A stretch of 64,000 nucleotides of DNA from Eledone cirrhosa (lineage: Eukaryota). Below the pieces are notes generated by a model. That model searched no databases, was not told the origin of the DNA, and saw only the letters and a program-made list of their open reading frames with translations. The translations under genes and the position numbers were made by a program. Positions 13,797-28,477 of the stretch are shown piece by piece. The stretch covers positions 38,006,001-38,070,000 of the forward strand of contig OZ024745.1 of NCBI GenBank assembly GCA_964016885.1, in the 5' to 3' direction. The first letter of the stretch is position 1, and the number at the start of each line of letters is the position of its first letter.

Positions 13797-14092
13797 TATA
13801 ACCAAAAGTTTATATGGTTCGTTCATCATTCAACGAATTCATTTTTACAACCGAAATTTATCTGGAGTATCTTTAATATTCAAAATATTAATAAATGAGA
13901 AATACTTTCACATAACCAAAGTATATATTTTATTATATATATATTTAAAGGGTACAATAGTTTTTCAGTACGCTTTCATCAGATAAAGCACAAGAAACTG
14001 GTTATTCGACATACCGCTATGAAGGATCAACACCATAATATATATACTTTGGTTATGTGAAAGTATTTCTCATTTATTAATATTTTGAATAT
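13797..14092. repeat. Fold-back repeat in a (TA)n tract
   Basis: attcaaaatattaataaatgagaaatactttcacataaccaaagtatata (~13878-13927) is inverted at ~14042-14090. Related sequence at 48240-48430 and 49917-50045. Confidence 0.75.
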
Positions 14093-14095
14093 ATG

Positions 14096-14205
<110 letters not shown>

Positions 14206-15864
14206 TGTATTGTTCAGGTCTAATATTCTTGGTAAGCCCCTAGGGAAACAGAATTCAATATCTATAATAGAATAAATGTAAATAATTTCATATATTCATT
14301 GCTTAGAGCATAATTTTGATGTTTCAGCAAAACGAATTAAGTCGGTCTGATATATATTATAAACAAAGAGGGTGTCGTAAGATACTAGGTAGACCAGTTC
14401 AGATCTAGCAGCCAAAACGGCCGGAGCTGAGCCGTCGGGGTCCTGAATCTTTTCATAAATACATTTATATACACAGAAAATACTTATCAAAGCTCCCCGC
14501 AGTGGAACTCTAAAAAAATTGTTGGGAATTAAACCAGTTAGTCTCATAGCCACGAGATAAAATTTGTTCGTAAGAATATGCAGATATATAGGCGTCGATG
14601 GGTTGAGTCCTTAGAACGTCGATAGACCGCTTTGCAGTATTCGTTCCGTCTGTCTTCCCTTTTAGTTCATATCCCGACGAGGTTTACATCCATTCTAGGC
14701 TGAGAAAGAAAGTGCCAGCCTAGTAGTGGGGTCGTTTCTTCCTCTATATCTCTTTCTATTTTTTTCATTCTCTCACTCTCTGTTCCTTCTCTAGGAAAAA
14801 TATTCTGCGTTCATAATTAGAGAGGAGATGGTCTCCGCCAGATTTTTAAAAAATGCCCCCGAAGCGCGCTATGTTAATCTGGCACCATTACGACTCCCTC
14901 TGGTGTTATGGGTACATATATGCATACATATGCAATAATATGTGGAAGGTTTATAAGGCGGTTAAATGTCGTTAGAACATATTTTGTTCTGGATTTTGTT
15001 CTGGCTCTCTGCATTTGGAGTTCAAATCCTAACGAGCTCAAATTTACATTCTATTCTTCTGAGGTCGATATGTAAAATACTAGTTCAATGCTGCAATTGA
15101 CTGTTCTTCTATATCTCATTTTCTATTTCTCTGGAAAAAATCAGATGTTTCAACCCGGAGAGAGATGTTCTCCACCAGAACTAAATTCTCAAGTCAGTCC
15201 GAATGACAGAGTTACAGATTTCTAGGCAAATATCACGAAAGAAATACGAAAAGCATCTCTTTATTGAAGAAAGAAATTTAAATTGAATTAACCCTTTCAA
15301 TACTATATTTCTTACTAAAAACACTTACTATGATTTTCAAATAACCTTGAAACTAATCAATTTTTTAAAAGGTAATATGATGTTTGAAACACAACTTAAA
15401 AAATGTTCCCATAAATTCATGACGGTATGGTTTAGATAAGTATAGTGTTTTTGTATGAGACGGTTCCAGGTGGTTCAGTATCAAAACTGTTTATGCAACT
15501 TACAGCCAAAATGATGTTGACAGATACGGTAGCCATGCCAATCTAAAATCGTTTATGATAATAATGGTAGTTTTGGAAATGGCAGCAGCGGCTTCTATGG
15601 TGGCAGTGATGGTGTTGGCAGATGGAATTATTGATAATAGAATAAACAACTCCTAATAACACAGAAGTATCGTCTCCACAGTGGGTGACTTTTTAATGAC
15701 CAACTATCTCATCTGTTGTATAAATGAATGACAGCCAATAGGCAGAAACTGTAAGTAAGGAATAATTCAAGAGATGAACCTTACTGGTTGATGATGTCTC
15801 TCAATTATAACAATAATTATGTGTGTTATTATTGTTATAACCATTATCACTATTATTTGTTGAA

Positions 15865-16058
15865 GGGCCGTGAATTGGCAGTATCGGTAGAGGGTCGGAC
15901 GCCATGCTTTCCAGCATAGTTACGTCCCTTTACGATCTGAGTTCAAATTCCGCCGAAGTTGACTTTGCCTTTCATCCTTACGGGGTCGATAAAATAAAGT
16001 ACCAGTAATGCACTGGGTATTTGCTGGCCTTGTATCAAAAGTAGAAACAATTATTATT
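15865..16058 (+). mobile_element. tRNA-derived SINE, family 1
   Basis: Head tggcagtatcggtag (A box) and gagttcaaattcc (B box). Central gcctttcatccttacggggtcgataaaataaagtaccag resembles the Meta-SINE-type domain. Tail gctggccttgt...agtagaaacaattattatt. Confidence 0.9.
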
Positions 16059-16067
16059 TGTTGATTT

Positions 16068-16217
16068 AGGACGGTGAATTGGCAGAATCGGTAGAGTGTC
16101 GCACAACATGCTTAGTGGCATAGAGGTTAGCTTTGCTTTTCCTCCATACTGGATCGATAAAATAAAGCACCAGTAATTTAATTGACTTCCCCCTCTCCCC
16201 AAAATTGCTGATTGCGC
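16068..16217 (+). mobile_element. SINE family 1, internally deleted copy
   Basis: ggacggtgaattggcagaatcggtagag...ctttgcttttcctcc...gataaaataaagcaccag. Confidence 0.75.
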
Positions 16218-17914
16218 CTATAGATGAAACATTTTCTCTTGTTGATTTTCACTTGTTTTTGCAACGATTATTATTTTTGAAATGTTTGCTGTTAACGGGG
16301 CGCCATACATTGTCCTCAAGAAAAGCAATCCCATAATATTTGGGTTTTTAGCAACAATTATTGTAAATTTTAAACACATAACATTGACAAGGATTTTATA
16401 TAAATAAAGGTGACCCCCCCCCCCCTTTACAGTCACAAAACAGTACAAAAATATGTTTCACGTACAAACAATAACTCACGATTTCAGCAAATGTTGAAAG
16501 AGCAAAAACAACAAATTGACCGTCAACACCTCCTCTGTCACTACCACCATGACAGAAAAAATCAACACGATCGCTACTGCAGATAGCAGAAACAACAATA
16601 ACAGCGAAACTGGGGCGGCTTCTTAACGACTGCTTCCTTTGTGGAGGCGATACAAATTTAGAAAACGTTTGCTAAATGAAGACTAAACAAGAGAGACCAA
16701 GCTAATGGTAAAAAAGACGGGCCACAGATTCAGACTCACACCTGGAGTAAAGTCAAGTCGAGTGGAGCGCATAACCGAATCCTAAATTCAAGTTTTGGGT
16801 TGCGTATGGGGACGCAACAACACATCGCTCCATTCAAATGATTTCGAGTGGTGGACGTTATCTTCGCAAACCCAGACGAAACCAGGCAACACCACCCTCG
16901 ACTTGCCATTCTCGGACACGGTTTCTGGCCAGGGGAGGAGTGGCAAACAGTCACCAGCAAAAAAGAAAAAGAAGAAAAACATCACCTTCGCTCAAAAATG
17001 AGAACATATAAAAAGAACTACAGCCATAAGACACACGTCACCACCAGCATCAATCCCACCACCCACCACCCACCACTTCTACCACCAACACTACAAGAGC
17101 ACATAACATCTCCAATACAACCCAACCCATACAAGCAATAATGACAGCAATAATAACAAACACAAACCCACCAACAAGACAACATATAGATAAAATATAT
17201 GTATGAAAATAACGATATTTCGCATGCTTTAGAACTATTTACGCCGGATAAAAATTGAATAAAAGATCTGAAGTTTCCTGTGAAATAGTTTATGAAATAA
17301 GAGGAAAGGAATAGTTTAAGGAAAAAATGAAAGGTGCAGAAACGATTTAAAGTTGGCAACGTGATGGATATTAAACGTCTACATTGTGAAGTATGAGGAA
17401 TTTCCCCATTAGAATCTGAAGGTTATACACAAAAAAGTGGTTGAAGGAGTAACGAATTTTATGATGGTATGAATTGAAAGGAAAAAGAGGGAAGATGCAG
17501 TGGGAAATAAAGGGCGGGAGAAGAGAATGGGAGATTAAAAATGAAATATAAGTGTGTAGTGTTATGCAGGATGTCTATATAATTGATAGCAAGGATTTCT
17601 TTTTAGAAATTTGTGTAGTTATAGTTAACAGGGAGTATGATGTCAGAGAGCGTGGTTATGTGCTGTTGTATGTGTACGTGTGGCATATAGTAAATATGTG
17701 GATGTATGAATGAGGATGATCAGCCTAGAATAGTAACATGTGTATAGCGGTGTGTGAATTGTACGATTGTACGAAATGAGATTGTACTATGTATGGTATA
17801 AATTGGAAGGATGTTCTGTGGTTGGAAATTAAAGCATTGCTCGTCGTATGGCTGGAAAGAATTCGTTTAAAAATATTTACAATTCGCAGTTATATATATA
17901 TATAATTGGTGTTG

Positions 17915-18239
17915 GATATTAAAGCGTCCGTGTGCGGTAGGCCGTATGAGCACTCGATGCTCTCATGGAGCAGAGTATGATATCACAGAAAAAAATAGAA
18001 TCAGAGTTGCGACGAATGGAATTTATTGGACATATTACAATCGTTTCTCTAGCGACCATTCTTGATTCTACGAGGAAAATCTGCTTCGTAGAATCAAGAC
18101 GTATCTGAGGGCCTTGCGATTTTCAGAGTCAGGTTCGATCATCACATCGATCGTGCCTCGAGCTGGTCGCCAGAGAAACGATTGTAATATGTCCAATAAA
18201 TTCCATTCGTCGCAACACTGATTCTCTTTTTTTTCTGTG

Positions 18240-18243
<4 letters not shown>
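17915..18243. mobile_element. Fold-back PLE-pLTR-like element, family B, with hammerhead
   Basis: Arms about 17980-18056 and 18163-18243. The tail at 17929-17980 is the reverse complement of the tail at 44518-44570. Confidence 0.8.
18099..18192 (+). ncRNA. Hammerhead motif, variant core
   Basis: acgtat-CTGAGGG-(63 nt incl. gcgatt/ggtcgc)-GAAAC-gatt-GTA-atatgt, then AATAAA. Stem I is 6 bp. Confidence 0.6.
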
Positions 18244-18272
<29 letters not shown>

Positions 18273-18430
18273 GGGATACTATTTATGGTTATGTATATAT
18301 TAACACTTTTTATAGTTATGTATATTTTAAACCCTAAACAGTGAAGGTCAGTAATTTATTACTACCTTATTACCAGTAAGATAAATAGCTCAATGTAATA
18401 ACATCAGTTGTTCTACAGAGCAGTTATATA

Positions 18431-19322
18431 GAATTCAGAAGAATCAAAGCTATGTTCAAAGCATTTATTCACTTACAATTGTTTCATCCAAACCTAGGCT
18501 TGGTGTCTTCGGAGCATTTTTCAATGTTTGTACACATAATTGACCTCCTTTCCAACGCAAGAGACATACAGATACATATATATATATATATATTGATGTA
18601 CAGTGGAGTGGCATATATTATACTATACTATTTTTGTACAGCCATTCAAATTCAAAATCAAAATCAAAATCAAAATCAAAATTAAAATCAAAATCAAAAT
18701 TAAAATACATTCGGCAATAACACAGATAATGCAAGAGGATAGTTTGATAGTCAGGTCTAGTAGGTAGTGTATGCGTTAGTTACACGTGGAGCATGCAAGT
18801 GTGTCTCATTTTTATACTATTATTGTGTGGCAGGGTGTTACACGTAATGCAAGCACTTTATACAAACCTACCTTACCTCTACAACCACCATAATAATCTT
18901 CCTTACCCGCTTAAAGTGCTTGCATTACGTGTAACACCCTGCCACACAATAATAGTATAAAAATGAGACACACTTGCATGCTCCACGTGTAACTAACGCA
19001 TACACTACCTACTACACCTGACTATCAAACTATCCTCTTGCATTATCTATGTTATCTGCCGAATGTATTTAATTTTGATTTTGATTTTGATTTTGATTTT
19101 GAATTTGAATTGCAGTACAAAAATAGTATAGTATAATATATGCCACTCCATTGTACATCAATATATATATATATATGTATCTGTATGTCTCTTGCGTTGG
19201 AAAGGAGGTCAATTATGTGTACAAACATTGAAAAATGCTCCGAAGACTCCAAGCCTAGGTTTGGATGAAACAATTGAAAGTGAATAAATGCTGTGAACAT
19301 AGCTTTGATTCTTGTGAATTCT
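18431..19322. mobile_element. Fold-back element with ~420-bp inverted arms and variant hammerheads
   Basis: 18431-18860 vs 18912-19322. Minus 18470-18516 reads tgct-CCGAAGA-caccaagc-ctag-gtttggat-GAAAC-aatt-GTA-agtg-AATAAA. Plus copy at 19236-19282. Confidence 0.9.
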
Positions 19323-19695
19323 CTCTCTCTATATATATACAGAGAGAGAGATAGGGAGGGAGGCACTTTGCACAGGTTGAACAAGCTGGTCGTCATACGA
19401 TAAACTAAAGGTACGTACCTTGTATGGCGTCGTTGTCGGACTGACCAAAGTGTTCATACATATAAGGTTACCTTAAACTTCAAATAAATGCCGTGTTCTA
19501 GAAAATAAATCACTATTTTTCTTTATATTACATCTGTTGCAAGAGTATGTATTTGGGACATGTGTTTACATATACTTTATGTATAATGAGGTCGGTATTA
19601 TAGCATGTTGGGTTGCGTCTAAATGTATGGGCGGTATTTGGATAACGTTGGATTGGAGATATTTTGTTCACGGCATATAATACTTATATATATAT

Positions 19696-19736
<41 letters not shown>

Positions 19737-20093
19737 ACGCACACATAGTCACATATATGAATATATACTATATTCACTGGTACCGCATCGGTTACATCAA
19801 TGAATATTCTGGAGAACCTGCTCTTGAAATTAATGTGCAAGTGGCTGAGCATTCCACAGGAACGCGTACAATTAATGTAGTTCACAGGGAGATTTAGCGT
19901 GGTACATGTGGGAGAAAGTTTGCTCTTCAAATTACAGGTACAACTCATTTTTACTACCTTACAGGATTGGAACACCGTGAAATAAAGTGTATTGCTCAAG
20001 GACACAATGCGCCACTGGGAGTCGAACTCATGATGTTAAGATCGTTTGCCAAATATTTTTGTAAGTAAAGAGAAACCACACACACACACACAA

Positions 20094-20127
<34 letters not shown>

Positions 20128-20433
20128 CAATATGGCTTCTTTGGTGAATTCGCATAAGAAATCTAACCATATTGTTCACAGCGCTTTTCTAATAGGATGT
20201 CGATTCAACTTATATTCATCTGTCTTTACTTAAGAAAATATTTGGCATAGACACTTTGACGTCTCTCGAAGGAAAGAGAAGACAATATGAAAATGAGGTT
20301 GAAACCTATCGCATGATCGATCAAAGTGTAATCACAGTGGTGACACACTGATAAATAGATCAAATTATATATGCCTTAAATTACCGTTGCTTTCAAGCAA
20401 AAAATAAAGAAGTAGTGATTTATATTACACACA

Positions 20434-20505
<72 letters not shown>

Positions 20506-20533
20506 TATATATATATATATGTTTGTTTGTATT

Positions 20534-20570
<37 letters not shown>

Positions 20571-20859
20571 GTGCGTGCGTTCAAATATCTGTTCTTTCGT
20601 GCAGATATATTGGCTATAAATATATATTATAGTACATTGTTAAAATCAAAGTATTGTTTAAAATCAGATCTATTCAGATTCTTACACCATGGCACCACGA
20701 TTTTCCAGCAAATACTGTTCGCTAAATTTATACAGGGAAAAGAAAATGGTGGGGTTCTCTATACAGGTGATATATATATACAGGATAGAGGTTGATAATA
20801 GGAGTGAAGAAGCCTGGTAGCGCATAATTGGAGATATGCAGACTCATGTATAAATGTGT

Positions 20860-20899
<40 letters not shown>

Positions 20900-22311
20900 A
20901 GAATGTCTCGGGAGAACTGGACAGCAGAATGCCTTCCCGATTCATACTCATATTTCAGCCCTAAATGTCTTGCGCTCTAAAACGGCTGTGCCACATGCAG
21001 ATTCTGACAATTAGCACCCTTCTACTGACGCATTTGAACCACTTGACATAGGAAACTTGTTACGCACTTAAACAATATCTATATTGCTTTTGTTCCCTTT
21101 CAGCTAGATCCTTCTGGAACTCCTCTGCGTAGCCTCTCGAATTTTCATTACATGTAACTAGCAGAAAAACCACCCTACGGGTGGTTTTCGGCTAGCATGT
21201 GTAGGGTGTATATTGATATTGTTCACAAATATATAGGCATGTAGATAAGATACATCAAATAAAATCGTAATTGACAATATACACAGAAATTGAACGGAGT
21301 CTATGTTACACTGACTTATGTAATCTGTAAAGTAATCCATGATACATTTAAAAAAAGACGATATTATATATAAACTACATTAGGAGAAAATTAGCGACGG
21401 AGATATATGCGATATTTTTATAAGTGTTATAATATAACGGCCGCTAACCGGAAGTGTTGACATTTGAATATTTTGAAGAAGTGAATTTTAAAGATCTGTA
21501 AATAAGATATAAAATATATTTCATCAACAGCCACGAAATTTAGCACATAAATTATGTAATATTCATTCATTATTTATTTAAAGTAATCCAACTTATTTTA
21601 CAAACGGGGTAAAAAAATATATTCTGGACACAATCCCGCACTCCTTTCTTTATTATAGTTAAGATTAAACGCCTGTTTGAAATCCATTTCCAATAGCTAT
21701 GAGATACTTTTACAAATAAATCGGTAGTTGTAGTATCAGTAAACTTTCATCCAGTGTCATGCTTTACTGAGTTATGGAACTTTGTCGAACAGCTATTATT
21801 TAGTGTGGGGCGTATCGTGAAGATCGTCCCGTCTCTTTCTTTTGGTCGGGATGGGCAGGCAGTTTTTCTCTGCCTGATGGCTTAAGCGAAAGAGGTTGTG
21901 TGGTAGACCAGATTGTAAGGACTGAAGAGAGACACTTGGAAAGGTAGGTCTGGATGAAAGGGTAAGTGCTGCAGCCCCCTCCTGCAGTACCTTTGTTAAA
22001 TGTGGGGGGTGGGATGTGGTTAGAATAGTCCGAATGAATGGGTGTACTCTAACCTGGGCCTTCTCTAAGCTGGTTGGCTAGTTTAGAGAGGAAAGGGACA
22101 CCATACTGTGATGCTTTTGTAGAGTTAGGTGGCTTACGGTTGGCGGAGTCTTTGAGTTGCTTCTGGATGGTTCTTCTCCTATTGGGAAGTTTTCTTGTTA
22201 TGTATTTTGTTGTCTATTGTTATGTGCTTTATATATTTTACTCCATTTTACTGTATTGTCCCCTATATGTCGGTTATTTTGTCCAATACAACAATTATTA
22301 GTATTAGTATT

Positions 22312-22530
22312 AGGGCGGTGGCTGTATCAGTAGAACGTCGAACACCCTGCTTCATGGCAGAGAGTTACGTCTCTTTACGTTCTGATTTCAAATCCCACCG
22401 AGGTTAGCTTTGCCTTTCATCCTTACGGGGCCGATAAAATAAAGCGCAAGTAATGCACTGAGGTCGATTTAGTCGACTTTCCCCACCTCCAAAATTGCTG
22501 GCCTTGTTCATATAGTAAAAACCATAATTT
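22312..22530 (+). mobile_element. SINE family 1
   Basis: Same central domain (gcctttcatccttacggggccgataaaataaag) and tail. Confidence 0.85.
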
Positions 22531-24099
22531 TTATTATTAGTAATACTAGTAGTATTCGTAATAGTAGTGATTGTTACTGTTGCTTTTTTTTTTGTGTGTG
22601 TGTTTTGCTCTAGCTTGGTTCTAGTCTGTCAAATATTATCAAAGCTCATCCAGCTATCACTCGTTTGACCCTTTTTATATTCATTTTTTTTTTTTTACAT
22701 TTAGGACTACATCATGCAACATTTTTTTCATATCTTTATATGGTAGGATGTTATTTGTGGGAAATTTAGCAACTATTGTGAGTAGAGAGAGAGAGCTGTA
22801 AAAGCGAGCGTCTTTTTTGACTACTCCTGCCATAAAAGAAAAAAATATAGTGTGTGAAAAGTAAATTAACATCCCACACAGACCTATCTACTCTCTTTCC
22901 TTTTCACTTTCCTGTTGACATTCGTCAAGGGTTCCTTGTTAGGAAAAAGTTAAATTAGATAGTTTCCCTCTCTGTTTATCCATGAATCAATCGAAATTGA
23001 GAAATAATGAATATTTCGATTTACACGTGAAGAAAATATATTAAGTAAAGAAAGAAATGGAAAAAAAGTTGAAAATAAAAGCAACAACATAACACCATAA
23101 AACCTAAACGAAAAATAATAAAGTAATATTCATATCTTTACCAAGAGCATTAGCTACGCAAGTGAAGCGAGTCTGACAGGAAATTGCAACACGGTCAAAG
23201 CCTTCGTTGAGGATTTATTGTTGCCGCCTCATTGATCATATTAATAGAAGTTGGAAATAATTACCCGAAGTCTAAATTTGGAGTTATACTAAACTGATTA
23301 TCTAATCTATGAGTATCCTTACTTTCACCTCAACGAACATTAGTTTTTGTGATTGCTGATGCCATATCCCTGGCAATATCTTAAGGACCATATCTCGTCA
23401 CCAGAAAGAAAATATGATAGATATAGATTCAGACACTGGTCTCCAAAATCTTTTTTCAAAATACGAACACCAAATATTATCAAGACATCTAACGAAGCAT
23501 TAAACTTGATAATAGAAAGATTATTTATGTACATATTATTTCCTTTATTACAAAAAAAAAAAATATATATGTATATATATATACCATTTAATAAAAGAAT
23601 GAGATTAAAGTAGGATCTTTAGAATGTCATGAAGAACTGTCAAACTTTACTAACAGACACTGTAGGAAACCCCTTTTTTCCTACTCAAATACAAGATAAT
23701 AAAACGAAAGATACTCTAGGTATATGAGCGCAGTTTCTTACTGCAGCAAGCTGTAACACACACGACCATTCAAATAGCGTGCACAGTCAACCTTACTCAT
23801 TCACTCACACGTTCTCTTCCTTACTTGCTTCTTTCATTCATTCATTCTTTCATTCAAATGTCTGAGAGAGATGAAACCTTCAAGCTGATCATTACAAAAT
23901 TATACTTTGATTGGAGGTACAATATATTCTCGAAGGTCTACCTACAATAAAAAAAATCTTTCAGTACATTGATTTAGGAAATTATTCAAAACCAGAATTA
24001 GCTGTTTATAGCTGTCCTTAGTTTCTACATTTTTTATTATATTTATGCTTCCTTTACCGTCCATTTCCTTACCTTTTTTTTTTTTTAATCTTTCTGTCT

Positions 24100-24300
24100 C
24101 TGATGTAGGCACAAGGCCAACAATTTTTGAGGAGGGGAAAGTCAATTAAATCGATCCCCAACAAATTACTGGTACTGTATTTTGTCGACCTCGTAAAGAT
24201 GAAAGGCAAATCTAACCTCGGCAGAATTTGAACTCAGATCGTATACGGCCGTAACTCTATGCCATACGGCATGTTGTCTGAAGCTCCACCGATACAGCCA
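24100..24300 (-). mobile_element. SINE family 1
   Basis: Reverse complement of the B box, central domain and tail (ggcacaaggcca...gatgaaaggcaaa...tttgaactcaga). Confidence 0.85.
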
Positions 24301-25182
24301 ATCCAACACCCTTTTTTGATTAAAAATATTAGCAATGTTTACGAAATAAATAGACAGAACTAGCTGTGCCGCCAGAGCATTTGACAAACTACCTTGTTTT
24401 ATTCGTTCCGACTCCATGTGTTCAGATTTCAACTCCCACCGTGGTCAACTGTACATTTCATTCTTCCCTGGATTTGCATCTTACACTGTTTCAAACAGTA
24501 CTATTTTGAATAACAGCAACATCAGCAAAACAACCAGTTAAATGTGCATGTGCAATTAAATATTTCGAAAGCAATTACTGTTTTTAATCTCTATAAACTA
24601 TTCAACCACTTAAGCTAAATCAATGATATTTCACTCTAATAAGACATATTATACATAAGAGACAGCACATTTGAAAAGTTAGTAATTTCCTCAAAGCAGT
24701 TAAAATGCCATTTCAATAGCAACTAGAAGTTCTTAGAAGAGATCAGTCCAAACAAGTAATAGTGGTAGGGAAAATACGGAAATTGAATTTGTGTAGATCT
24801 AATCAAAAGAAGAACTAGGAATATCTCAATTTCTAAATGAAGTATATTGAGAAAACATTTAACCACTCTGACAAATATGCAAATATATATATTGAATACC
24901 TTCAACGGAAGTTTCATATACTTCAGCTAGATTTAAAGCTTCATTATACAAATCGAATTCTCATTAACACGAGATAGCATGTAGAAAAAAAAACTATTGT
25001 CTTTTGGGCCATAAAGTTTTCTTTTTAACCCGTTCGTAACCATATTTCTAATTAAACGCACTGCGTATGATTTTAAAATTGTTTTGAACACAATCAGGAA
25101 TTCGAAAGGGGTTAGTAATATAACTATCTGCCTCATTATTAAGCTTATATTTGGAACATAGAGATAATTACATAACATTATG

Positions 25183-25366
25183 GATTGGCAGTATCGGTAG
25201 AGGGTCGGACGCCATGCTTTGACGCATAGAGTTACGGCCTTTGCCATCCTGAGTTCATATCCCGCCGAGGTTAACTTTGCCTTTCATCCTTATGGGGTCG
25301 ATAAAATAAAGTACCAGTAATGCACGGGGTGATTGCTGGCCTTGTGCCAACAAGTAGAAACAATTA
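25183..25366 (+). mobile_element. SINE family 1
   Basis: Near-identical to 15865-16058. Confidence 0.9.
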
Positions 25367-25589
25367 TGATAGAAATGTTGATATATGAACACTTTAGAAT
25401 AAACAATTTTATATTATATAATCAGTTGTTGTTTGTTGTAAGAAGTGTTAAAACAAGTTACATTTAAAGCTAAGATCTGTTAGGGTGTAGAATCTTTTAA
25501 TGTGAGTTCTCTATAAACGAAGGGAGTTGAATTGGCAAAGTTGTTACAGCATGCGATAGAATGATGTTGGTTTCTGAATAATTGTTATT

Positions 25590-26060
25590 TCTAGTAACCA
25601 GTACCTTGCGCTTTTCTGGGCTGATCTGCAATGCATATGTCTCAGACATTCCTTCCAGTTTAGTGGTGAGCTCCGGTTCTGCTTCACTGCATCACATGTT
25701 AATAATGGAGGGCTTGGAGTGTTTCTTACATAATACTTTCCAAGAAGATTTTGAAAAACAGTGGAGAGACGAAACATCCTTGTCAAACCCCAACTGTCGC
25801 CTTGAAGAATTATTCGATATTGTTATTCAGGATAACTGCAGTGGTTGAGTTTTCGTACTGCGCTTTGCAGACAAAGTTGGATCCTAAAATACCTCCACAA
25901 ACCCACATGCCAAACACGTCCATATAATTATGAAGGAGGTCAGATTATTGTTGTAGATGTTTCTCGGTCTGATATTAAATACTTGTCCCACTGGACTGCT
26001 TTTTGGCTTGAACCCTGCCTGTTATTTGCCAAGGATTTCTTCAGCCTTCATTTTAAGTCT
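25590..26060 (-). mobile_element. Decayed RTE-like LINE RT fragment
   Basis: Manual minus-strand translation gives QAGFKPK..., YENSTTAVILN..., GV*QGCFVSPLFFKIFLE..., LQISPEKRKVLV, with stops and frameshifts. Confidence 0.7.
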
Positions 26061-26262
26061 GTTTAGAAGAATTCTTAGCAGTACTTTGACAGCGTTGTTA
26101 ATTAAATAAACACAAAGTTTGCTTGGAGTCAATTAGAGTCAAGAAGGGAAAGCTTGTACACCGGAGCCCAACGTGCTAGAAATAACAACCAAATCACACC
26201 CTAACATTTTAAGTTACAAAATATGATATAGGTAATGTAGAACTTATATAGATAGAGATCTG

Positions 26263-26319
<57 letters not shown>

Positions 26320-26513
26320 GTAGAACATTGAAAGGTATTGTCCGTAGTGGTAGAGCTCTCAGTACATGGGATGCGTTTGGTAGAAGTAGAAACATAACAG
26401 TTAGATCATCATACCGAGAACAATTGTGTCACCTGATGCAGACCAGTCCGAGATGAAGATCCGCATAATGTGAAACAATTGTTCTCGGTATGGTGATCTA
26501 ACTGTTGTGTTAC

Positions 26514-26596
<83 letters not shown>

Positions 26597-26714
26597 GATA
26601 TATTAACAAACATTTCTTAATATATCGTATTTTTACTCCAGTAATTTGTTGAGTGCTTTATATCAGTTATAAAAATATTTGCTTGTTGTATCCCCAAAAA
26701 TAAAATATAACTTC

Positions 26715-26756
<42 letters not shown>

Positions 26757-26817
26757 GTTCAAGAACAAAGGAGACACACACAGAGATGTACAAATTCAAA
26801 CACCTATTGATTCACGC

Positions 26818-26856
<39 letters not shown>

Positions 26857-27024
26857 CATGATCATTACATTGCAATAATAATATATTATTTGCATGCTGT
26901 TAAAAAAGGCAAAAGTTTGAGAAACAAGAAACAAAAACGTGAGAAAACATAATTTTTCATATATGTTTATTCCGTGAATGCAAGGAGAACGAATACGGTC
27001 AGACGAAATATACTCTTGTGTATG

Positions 27025-27090
<66 letters not shown>

Positions 27091-27489
27091 TATGTTGGTT
27101 TGCGTGCAAGTGTCTCTCTGTACCCGCGAATTTCGGCTCTGTCTCTTTCTCAAGATTTTCCTGCAACTTCGGTCACTATGTGTACTCGTACTTCGTCACA
27201 AGTGCTTAGTAACTCTGTCTCTATTATATTCCCATCCTCTCTCTATGCGATGTTAAGCGAGATATCAATAAAGCAACTAACCAATTAACACATTGAATAT
27301 TATAGACGATTTTCTTGATACACTCAATGAAGAGATAACTAATTAATTTCACGTTCCTCTCAATACTCCCTACCGTGATCAGTTTCTATAAATTGCGTGT
27401 TTAGCTGGACCTTTGGTAATTGGTAATTGTTTGCCATTTCGATATCTTTAATATTTCATCTTAAGGATCTCATCGTCCACATATTTTCT

Positions 27490-27800
27490 CCACCACAACC
27501 AACAGCGCCAGCGTCACAAGCACCACCACCAATACTACCAGCAGCAGCAGCATCACCACTGCTACCACCACCATCACAACCATGACCAATACTACCAACG
27601 CCACCACCACCTCCACCACCACCACCACTATCACAACCACGACCAATACTACCAGCAGCACCACCACCATCACAACCACGACCGAAACTATCTCCCCACA
27701 ACCAACATCACCACCACCAGCACCACCAATATCAGCACCACCACCATTGCAGCCACGACCAATTCCACCTCTACCATCACCCCCATCACCCCCCCCCCCC
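27490..27800. repeat. Degenerate (CAC/ACC)-rich low-complexity tandem repeat
   Basis: Recurring accaccaccatcacaaccacgaccaatactacca units. Confidence 0.85.
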
Positions 27801-28434
27801 TCATTAGTCTCTTCCACCAAGCCCATTTGCTACCATAGAATCAACATAAAATATTGACGAAAGTTCTTTAAGACAATTTTGAATAAACTGTTTATTTCCT
27901 CATACGCCGGCGCCGGATGTGCAAGTTATTCCAATATATATGTTTTTACAATTTTTTTCCAAAACTCATGCACCCCCCCCCCTATATATATTCATATGGC
28001 TGTGACAGGATGACAGCTTATCATATTCATAGCAAGATACTTCTATGTTTATAATAATTAAATATATATATACGTTTATATGTAATTCCATTATGAACTA
28101 CGCTATGTTAATGGTACTTCTTATATATATATATATATATAAAAACAAATAACGAAACGAAATTAAATTTCGTTTCGTTTGTAACTCACTTTTGTATGAC
28201 TGACGCTTAAACAATTAAGTTAAAAATGTACATCCGCATATGTATACTGAAATACTAGTATGCATATGAATACACACACGTATACATATGTAGATGTACC
28301 GAGTCTTTCACTGGTCACTTTACTGTGAGTATCCAGCTATTCTGTATGTAAACACACAGACAAACCGGTTTTTAGAGTCATACTGGTTTTTGAGGAAACA
28401 CCTTTCCTCTATTCTCCAGAAAGCCAGACAAGGA

Positions 28435-28477
28435 ACATTGAACTAGTTTCGTTGTTGTTACAACTCATCAGCAATAT
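28435..28477 (-). ncRNA. Type-I hammerhead ribozyme
   Basis: atattg-CTGATGA-gttg-taacaa-caac-GAAAC-ta-GTT-caatgt. Confidence 0.85.

Noticed and set aside
27456-27857. Gly-rich and Thr/Pro-rich ORFs
   Set aside because: Degenerate CAC repeat open in several frames; no splice or domain support.
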